A stretch of DNA of 64,000 nucleotides, taken from the NCBI GenBank assembly GCA_963770565.1, contig CAVYQE010000002.1:656672-720671 (forward strand), in the 5' to 3' direction. The translations under genes and the position numbers were made by a program. Every line of letters begins with the position of its first letter. The stretch's first letter is position 1. This stretch comes from an uncultured Actinomycetota bacterium (GTDB taxonomy: Bacteria; Actinomycetota; Actinomycetes; JAFAQI01). The notes under the pieces were generated by a model. That model ran no database searches. It saw only the letters and a list, made by a program, of their open reading frames with translations, and had not been told where the DNA came from. This document shows, piece by piece, positions 57,862 to 64,000 of this stretch.

Positions 57862-58947
57862 GTGGACACTGAGCAACCTTTTGGCGATCACGCCGAGCGA
57901 GCCGCTCGCACCTTCGGTGCCGCAGCCGACCACTACACGCTGGCGACGCTGGGGTTCTGGGACCGGTTCGGGTCCGCGACCGTGTCGCGGCTGCCGCTGG
58001 CCCCAGGGATGGCCGTGCTCGATCTCTGCTGCGGCGCCGGAGCATCGGCAATACCCGCTGCGCATGCAGTGGGACCAGGAGGGCGGGTGCTCGGTGTCGA
58101 TCTCGCGGCGCCGCTCCTGGATCTCGCCCAGGCCAGAGCCGCTCGCGAAGGGCTGTCCAATCTCGAGTTCCGGTGTGGCGATGCCACCCGGACCGGACTG
58201 CCGGACGGCAGCTTCGATGCCGTGGTGTGCGTCTTCGGCGTGTTCTTCGCGCCGGACATGACGGGGTTCGTCCAGCAGATGTGGCGGCTGGTGCGGCCCG
58301 GCGGCGTTCTCGCGGTCACCACCTGGGGTCCTGGCTTGTTCGAGCCCGCCAACAGCTGCTTCTGGAGTTGCGTCGGTGCGCTCGAGCCCAGGTTGTACAA
58401 GACGTTCAACCCGTGGGACCAGATCACCACCCCTGCGGCGCTGGCCGACCTGCTCGCTCGAGCCGGCGTGCCCACACCTGCCGTAACGGCCGAAGCGGGC
58501 CGCCACGAGTTGGATCACCCGGACCACTTCTGGGACATCGTGCTCGGGTCCGGCTTCCGGGCCACCGTCGATGCCCTCAGCGCGGATCAGCGCGACCAGG
58601 TCCGGGCGAACCTGCTCGCCGAGCTTCGTTCACGTGAGGTCACTGTCGTACGAACCGATGTCGTCTTCGGCACCGCCACCCGCTCACCACGCCGGAACGC
58701 ACCCTCCGCGGCCCCCGCAAGGCCGGTCGGTGAAGCTAAGCGCTACATCGCGCTGCGCCGGCGCAGCTTGTCCAGGCGCACCCGCATCGCGTCCAGCGGG
58801 CGCTTCGCCCAGGCGTACTCGGTCGCGAGGACGGCAAGACCGCCGACGATCACCAGCAGCCCAGGACCGGGCAGCACCAGCATCGCGGCGCCGACGAGCA
58901 GCAGCGAGACGCCGACCACGGTAATAGCAGTACGACGAAGGACCTGA
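57862..58947 (+). CDS. Class I SAM-dependent methyltransferase with an aberrant Arg/Ala-rich C-terminal extension
   Basis: Motif I LDLCCGAGASAIPAA. No stop until 58947, so the ORF overlaps the convergent TerC gene by 205 nt. The tail is low-complexity and may reflect a lost stop or frameshift. Confidence 0.65.
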   Translation: MDTEQPFGDHAERAARTFGAAADHYTLATLGFWDRFGSATVSRLPLAPGMAVLDLCCGAGASAIPAAHAVGPGGRVLGVDLAAPLLDLAQARAAREGLSNLEFRCGDATRTGLPDGSFDAVVCVFGVFFAPDMTGFVQQMWRLVRPGGVLAVTTWGPGLFEPANSCFWSCVGALEPRLYKTFNPWDQITTPAALADLLARAGVPTPAVTAEAGRHELDHPDHFWDIVLGSGFRATVDALSADQRDQVRANLLAELRSREVTVVRTDVVFGTATRSPRRNAPSAAPARPVGEAKRYIALRRRSLSRRTRIASSGRFAQAYSVARTARPPTITSSPGPGSTSIAAPTSSSETPTTVIAVRRRT

Positions 58948-59738
58948 CGCATCGTGATTCCTCTCTCGTCGATCAGCGACGCGCCGATCGAGCCAGCCAG
59001 GCAGGCCGCGACCGCGGCCGGCGAGACCCACGACGGAACGTGGGTGAAGTGCTCCACGGCAAGGTCGGCGCCGATCGCGACGAGCAGAATGCCGATCCCG
59101 GCCCGCAGGTAGCGGAACCGCGCCATCGCGCCGGCGAGGACGACGTACAGCGATCGCAGGCCGAGCACCGCGAAGACGTTGGCCGCGATGATCGGGAACG
59201 GTCTCGTCGTGATCGCGAACGCGGCCAGGATCGAGTCGGCGGCGAACGCGAGGTCGACGATGACGATCGTGAGCAGGGTCGCGGCCAGAACGTTTCGGCG
59301 CAGCCGCTCCGGCATCCACCGTGACGGCCCGGTCGTGCCGGGCTCCCTCTCCGCTCGCATCATCTGCACGCCGCTCGCGACCAGTACGACGGCGAACCCG
59401 AGCAGCACCGCGTGGACCGCGCCCACCAGCGCAAGGCCTGCGGTGATGAAGACGATCCGCAGCACCAACGCGCCGAGCAGCCCGCCGGTCAGTGCCTTTC
59501 GTTCGGCCCGGATCGGCAACGCCGCGGCGCCGAGAACCGCGGCGAACATCGCCACGTTGTCGAGCGACAGCGCCTTCTCGAGCGCGAGGACCGAGAGGTA
59601 GGAGGTCGCGTCCGATCCGCCGCTGACCGCCCAGACGACCGGCGCGAAGGCCAGCCCGAGCAGCGTCCAGCCGAGGGAGGCCGCGAGTGCCCTGCGGGTA
59701 GTGGGTGGCAAGAGGACCGTTTCCCTCCGGTGCTGCAC
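58743..59738 (-). CDS. terC: TerC-family integral membrane protein
   Basis: TerC motifs ...LSLDNVAMFAAVL... and repeated TM helices; 331 aa. Confidence 0.8.
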   Translation of the reverse strand: MQHRRETVLLPPTTRRALAASLGWTLLGLAFAPVVWAVSGGSDATSYLSVLALEKALSLDNVAMFAAVLGAAALPIRAERKALTGGLLGALVLRIVFITAGLALVGAVHAVLLGFAVVLVASGVQMMRAEREPGTTGPSRWMPERLRRNVLAATLLTIVIVDLAFAADSILAAFAITTRPFPIIAANVFAVLGLRSLYVVLAGAMARFRYLRAGIGILLVAIGADLAVEHFTHVPSWVSPAAVAACLAGSIGASLIDERGITMRQVLRRTAITVVGVSLLLVGAAMLVLPGPGLLVIVGGLAVLATEYAWAKRPLDAMRVRLDKLRRRSAM

Positions 59739-59915
59739 CAGGCAGCTTCCGAAGGTCTCTTCCGCTCAGCCGAACTGAGCCGGTACGCCGGGCCCGGACA
59801 CCGAGCCGTACTGACGACGCAACCGCGGAGGAATACTCCCCTTCACGCTCGAGGCTAGCCGGCTCACCTGAGTGTCACCTGTGTGCGCCTTCAGCTCTGC
59901 GGCCGGCTCGCGCAA

Positions 59916-59971
59916 CCCCACCGATGGGCCATCGGTGGGGCTATTGCCCCACCAATGGGCCATGCGTGTGG
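59916..59971. promoter_or_regulatory. Tandem 25-bp palindromes (CCCCACCGATGGGCCATCGGTGGGG, then a degenerate copy) upstream of terC
   Basis: First copy is a perfect inverted repeat (12-bp arms) at 59916..59940. Second copy CCCCACCAATGGGCCATGCGTGTGG at 59947..59971. Lies about 180 bp upstream of the terC start and just after the phosphotransferase stop. Confidence 0.35.
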
Positions 59972-60002
59972 CACCGATGTCGGCCAGTTCTCGGTGGGAC
60001 GC

Positions 60003-60995
60003 TCACCCGGCAAGGAACCCGCGGGCGCGGTCGGCGATGTGCTCGGCGAGGTCCTCGAGCGGGTCGAGCCGCTCGACGGCGGTCGCCCAGGCCACCCGAC
60101 CATGGGCCGCCGACCAGCAGTCGAGCGTCAACGGGCGGGCCCTGATCGCGTCGGGCAATCGTTCGAGCTCGGCGGGCGTGAGGTCGACATGCCGCCGGTA
60201 GTACTCCAGGACCGCATCGACGAGCGCGAGGTTATGGGCACCGGCGGCGTAGAGCAGGAAACCAATAGACCACAGTCGCGGTCCGCGCCCGGAACCGACC
60301 CAGTCGACGATGGTCAGGCCACCCTCGGGAGATCGGATCGCGTTGACGGGAACGAAGTCCGGATGGACGAAACCGTACGGAAGGTCGCCGTAGTCGTCCA
60401 AGGCCCGAAGCTCGTCGCCGAGCGTCTGCCGGGCAGCAGGGTCGCCGTCGGCGTTCTCGACCATCGACAACGCGGCCGCGATCTCGTCGCGAACGGTGCC
60501 CTGCGGGACGAGGTGGTGCCAGCCGCCGCCCGGCGGCATCGTCGTGGCTGCGCGCGCGTTCAACGCCCCGAGCAGGCCGCCCAACCCGGCGAACACCCGC
60601 CGAGTCGGTGGTGCGTGCGCACCCGGCACGAACTCGGTGACCAGGACCGGGTGATCGTCGAAGACGCTGACCGGCTCATCGTGGGCAAGGCGTTCCGCCG
60701 GGAACGGAGTGGCCGCTAGCCGGCGGAGCGTCTCGGCCGTGCTCGACACAGCCTCGACCGCTTCCGGCGGGAATCGCCGCGCAACCCATGACGGGCCATC
60801 GACCCGGAACACCTCGTGATCAAGCTCGACGAGACGCTCGACGGGTACGCCGTACCGATCGGCGAGATGAGCCGCCAACCCGTCCACGCTGAAAGTGTCG
60901 CAGTCGGCAGGCGGAACAATCGGTCGTGTACCTCGGAAGGTCAGCTCTGCCGATCCGAACCTGGATGACCGGAACCCTGGCCTACCGTCACACAT
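60003..60995 (-). CDS. Aminoglycoside-phosphotransferase-fold kinase (APH/choline-kinase family)
   Basis: Brenner motif region HPDFVPVNAI and DWVGSG; about 330 aa from ATG 60995. The upstream 150 codons of the track ORF are low-complexity. Confidence 0.7.
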   Translation of the reverse strand: MCDGRPGFRSSRFGSAELTFRGTRPIVPPADCDTFSVDGLAAHLADRYGVPVERLVELDHEVFRVDGPSWVARRFPPEAVEAVSSTAETLRRLAATPFPAERLAHDEPVSVFDDHPVLVTEFVPGAHAPPTRRVFAGLGGLLGALNARAATTMPPGGGWHHLVPQGTVRDEIAAALSMVENADGDPAARQTLGDELRALDDYGDLPYGFVHPDFVPVNAIRSPEGGLTIVDWVGSGRGPRLWSIGFLLYAAGAHNLALVDAVLEYYRRHVDLTPAELERLPDAIRARPLTLDCWSAAHGRVAWATAVERLDPLEDLAEHIADRARGFLAG

Positions 60996-61076
60996 TCTGG
61001 GACCACGACGTGGCCGGCTTGCGCGACCGTCAGTGACCCAATCACGGTGGTGGCTGAGCCGCCGTAGGCTTCGCTC

Positions 61077-61538
61077 GTGTTCGCGTTCCCGGCGTTCGGA
61101 GCCTTCTTCGTCTTCTTCGGGCTGATCTGGCTCGCGGGAGTCGGTGGGTTCATCCTCGGCATCTGCGCGCTGATCAGTGTCGGGCGCACCCCGACCGAAT
61201 GGTTCGGGCCGTGGTGGGACAACACCAAGCAGATCTGGATGATCGGGATCGCGGTCGGCTTCGTCATACCGTTCGGCACCTTGGTCGCCGGCTACCTGTG
61301 GTTCCACTCCGGCCGGGCCCCGCTGCGGGCGGGCTACGGCGTCGCGGCTCGGCCGTTCTGGGCCGGCCCGCCGAGGCCGGTGCCCCCACCACCGCCACCG
61401 GGGTGGCCCGGCTACAACCCGGGGCCGTACGCCCAACCGCCGCAGCAACCGCCGCCGCCGGCGCCGGCCCAGTCTCCGGGCCCGCCCCAGCCGCCGGCAC
61501 CACCCGACCCGATCGCCCCCACCCCACCTCCGGTCTGA
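61077..61538 (+). CDS. Membrane protein with proline-rich C-terminal tail
   Basis: Four predicted TM helices, then PPRPVPPPPPPGWPGYNPGPYAQPPQQPPPPAPA...; 153 aa. Confidence 0.5.
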   Translation: MFAFPAFGAFFVFFGLIWLAGVGGFILGICALISVGRTPTEWFGPWWDNTKQIWMIGIAVGFVIPFGTLVAGYLWFHSGRAPLRAGYGVAARPFWAGPPRPVPPPPPPGWPGYNPGPYAQPPQQPPPPAPAQSPGPPQPPAPPDPIAPTPPPV

Positions 61539-61572
61539 AGCCGGGTCGTCTCAGAGCGACGCGGTCGCTACG

Positions 61573-62562
61573 GTGGCCAGCATGTACGCCGTCGAGTGTC
61601 AGGGACACGGCGACGTCGACGTCCTGCGCTGGGAGGCCGTCGACGACCCGAGCCCCGCTCCCGGCGAGGTGCTGGTCGACGTCGTCGCGAGCGCGGTCAA
61701 CCGGGCCGACCTGTCGCAGCGGATGGGCTTCTACCCGCCACCGACCGGGATCACCGAGGTGCTCGGGCTCGAGTGCAGCGGCCGGGTCAGCGCGCTCGGC
61801 AACGGCGTCATCGGATGGTCATTGGGTGACGAGGTCTGCGCGCTGCTGGCGGGCGGCGGACAGGCGGAGAAGGCGGTCGCGCCGGCCGGGCAGTGCATGC
61901 CGCTTCCAGCCGGCGTCGACCTGGCGACCGCCGGTGCGCTGCCCGAGGTCGCCTGCACGGTCTGGTCGAACCTGGTCCTGATCGCCGAACTCCGCGCCGG
62001 CGAGGTGCTGCTCGTCCACGGCGGCGCCAGCGGCATCGGCACGTTCGCGATCCAGGTCGGCAAGGCGCTCGGCGCCACCGTGATCGTCACTGCCGGCAGC
62101 CCTGAGAAGCTCGAGCGTTGCCGGGCGCTCGGTGCCGACCGCGCGATCAACTACCACGACGAGGACTTCGTCGCGGCGGTCCAGGACGAGACCGCCGGCC
62201 ATGGCGCCGATGTCGTGCTCGACATCATGGGAGCGGCCTACCTCGAGCGAAACCTGAAGGTGCTCGCGTCGGGCGGCCGGCTGGTCTGCATCGGCATGCA
62301 GGGCGGCACCCGGGCCGAGCTCGACCTCGGCGCCCTGATGCGCAAGCGCGGCACGGTCCACGCCACCTCGCTGCGCACCCGCCCGTTGGCCGAGAAGGCC
62401 TCGATCTGCCGAGCGGTGGTCGAGGGCCTGTGGCCGCTGATCGCCGACGGGCAGGTGGTGCCCGTCATCGGCGCGTCGTACCCGATGGATCGGATCGCTG
62501 AGGCGCACACCCTGGTCGCCGAAAGCGGACATATCGGAAAAGTACTGCTGACCGTCCCATGA
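61573..62562 (+). CDS. NAD(P)H:quinone oxidoreductase, zinc-type alcohol dehydrogenase superfamily (Qor-like)
   Basis: GroES-like N-terminus; Rossmann LVHGGASGIGTFAIQ; 329 aa. Confidence 0.85.
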   Translation: MASMYAVECQGHGDVDVLRWEAVDDPSPAPGEVLVDVVASAVNRADLSQRMGFYPPPTGITEVLGLECSGRVSALGNGVIGWSLGDEVCALLAGGGQAEKAVAPAGQCMPLPAGVDLATAGALPEVACTVWSNLVLIAELRAGEVLLVHGGASGIGTFAIQVGKALGATVIVTAGSPEKLERCRALGADRAINYHDEDFVAAVQDETAGHGADVVLDIMGAAYLERNLKVLASGGRLVCIGMQGGTRAELDLGALMRKRGTVHATSLRTRPLAEKASICRAVVEGLWPLIADGQVVPVIGASYPMDRIAEAHTLVAESGHIGKVLLTVP

Positions 62563-63107
62563 ATGAGGACCAACCATCGGACGAGGTGGTCCGTCTTAGC
62601 AGCGTGGATGTTGCGGTGCTCGGTGCCTGGGAGGCTGCGGAAGTGGATGCGGCGCAGCCTGCTGACGCCCTGTTCCGCCTCCACTACGCCCCGCTCGCCG
62701 GCTGGTGCCGACGGATGGTCGGCGACGAGGAGGCCGCCCATGACATCGCGGCCGAGGCATTCGTCCGCCTCCTCGGCCGTTGGACGACCGTTACCGACCC
62801 GCGCGCCTATCTCTATACGACCGCGCTGAACCTGGTCCGCGACCGCTGGCGCCGCAGTGAGCGGGAGCGAGTGGCGCTGCGCAAGACCGTCATGACGATG
62901 ACGACGGCTGCCGCGCCCGCGCCCGAGTTGCGGATGGTGGTCGCGAGCCTGCCGAAGCGGCTACAGCAGGTCGTGGTGCTTCACTACTTCGCCGACATGT
63001 CCGTTGACGCGGTCGCGCACGCCCTCGGGGTCGCGCCGGGCACCGTCAAGCGCGACCTGTACGACGCTCGCGCCAAGCTCCACGTCCTGCTGGAGGGGAC
63101 GCAGTGA
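62559..63107 (+). CDS. ECF-subfamily RNA polymerase sigma factor
   Basis: Region 2 (LFRLHYAPLAGWCRRMVGDEEAAHDIAAEAFVRL) and region 4 HTH (LPKRLQQVVVLHYFADMSVDAVAHALGVAPGTVKRDLYDARAKL); 182 aa. Confidence 0.85.
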   Translation: MNEDQPSDEVVRLSSVDVAVLGAWEAAEVDAAQPADALFRLHYAPLAGWCRRMVGDEEAAHDIAAEAFVRLLGRWTTVTDPRAYLYTTALNLVRDRWRRSERERVALRKTVMTMTTAAAPAPELRMVVASLPKRLQQVVVLHYFADMSVDAVAHALGVAPGTVKRDLYDARAKLHVLLEGTQ

Positions 63108-64000
63108 GCACGCCCCGCGACGAGTTCGACATCGACGCGCTGCTGAGGCAGGCGACCGAGCGCCTCGCGCCGCCCGATGGCAGCTGGGAGTTGATCAGCC
63201 GTCGGGCCCGGCGCCGTAAGTGGGCGAAGGCCAGCGTCGCCGTCACGGCCGGCGTGATCGTGCTGGCGGGCGCCGTGCCTGCGGTCATTGCGGTGCGCCA
63301 CAACGGCGGGGAGCAGAGCGTCGCCATCGGCAAGAGCCCGACCCCGCCGACCCAACAGCGCCACCATCACGCGAGCACCCAGCCGGTGCCGACCGTCAGC
63401 ACACCGTCGACGTCGCCAAGCGCGACTGCTCCGACCTCGCTCGCCGGCTTCGTCCCGGACTCGTTGACCTTCGTCTCAAAGACGGACGGATATCTTTGGG
63501 GCACGCTGCCCGGGTCGCACGCCGGCGTCGTCGCGCACACTGAGGACGGCGGCCAAACCTGGACCGGCATGCAGGCCCCGCCCGTAATGGACTCCGCAAG
63601 CGCCGACGGCATCGCCGGCGACGATCAGATCCGGTTCGGCAACGGCGAGGTCGGCTTCGTCTACGGCGCCGTCTACTACGTCACGACCGATGGCGGGCAG
63701 AGTTGGCACCAGTACGCCGCGCCCGGCTACATCGACGACCTCGAGACGGTCCACCAGCAGGTATGGGCCCTGGTAAGGCCGTCTCAACTGTCGCGGACTG
63801 TGGAGTTGTACTCAGCGACGACGGCAGACCCGACCCTTCGGCGGGTCACCTCGGTCACGCTTGCGCCCAGCACGCCGGGCGCTGACTCGATCGCGATCAA
63901 TGGCGGACTCGGCACCGAGGTCAGCGTCAGCGTCATCGCCGGCAAGTCGTCGTTCTGGTTCTCGCCCAACGGCGCCACCTGGAAACGGCGCACGGATCCT
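63104..64000 (+). CDS. Putative anti-sigma factor partner: cytoplasmic N-terminus, one TM, extracellular BNR/Asp-box-like domain; runs off the window end
   Basis: GTG at 63104 overlaps the sigma stop. TM ASVAVTAGVIVLAGAVPAVIAV. Extracellular repeats TEDGGQTWTG and TTDGGQSWHQ (S/T-x-D-G-G-x-T/S-W). Not in the track because it has no stop. Confidence 0.5.
   Translation, partial: MSTPRDEFDIDALLRQATERLAPPDGSWELISRRARRRKWAKASVAVTAGVIVLAGAVPAVIAVRHNGGEQSVAIGKSPTPPTQQRHHHASTQPVPTVSTPSTSPSATAPTSLAGFVPDSLTFVSKTDGYLWGTLPGSHAGVVAHTEDGGQTWTGMQAPPVMDSASADGIAGDDQIRFGNGEVGFVYGAVYYVTTDGGQSWHQYAAPGYIDDLETVHQQVWALVRPSQLSRTVELYSATTADPTLRRVTSVTLAPSTPGADSIAINGGLGTEVSVSVIAGKSSFWFSPNGATWKRRTDP

Overview
High-GC (about 70%) actinobacterial chromosomal window. 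The core part carries a LAL/LuxR regulator, ppc, ptsI, a fused ABC exporter, an ECF sigma/anti-sigma pair, many secreted proteins, three tRNAs and two families of short palindromic repeats. The main finding is a ~17 kb segment (about 9654..26718) bounded by an intact tRNA-Ser(GCU) gene and a 56-bp perfect direct copy of its 3' part (59 bp with one mismatch), arranged like attL/attR. That segment contains a CsoR/CstR-family repressor gene and five strong plus two weak copies of a TACCC-N4-GGGTA palindrome of the kind reported for CsoR-family repressors, placed in front of five operons. The operons encode a CstB-like persulfide dioxygenase-rhodanese fusion, SQR, a rhodanese, a TauE exporter, thioredoxin, a 1-Cys peroxiredoxin and an MMPL transporter. 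They also encode an MshC-like cysteine ligase with a Nudix hydrolase, an LmbE (MshB/Mca)-like deacetylase, two SAM methyltransferases and a PAP2-like membrane protein. I read this as a tRNA-integrated sulfide/persulfide-stress regulon with an embedded thiol-conjugate module; no integrase is detectable. Many ORFs in the six-frame track are antisense or wrong-frame artefacts typical of high-GC DNA and were not called. Coordinates I derived myself are approximate to a few nt.
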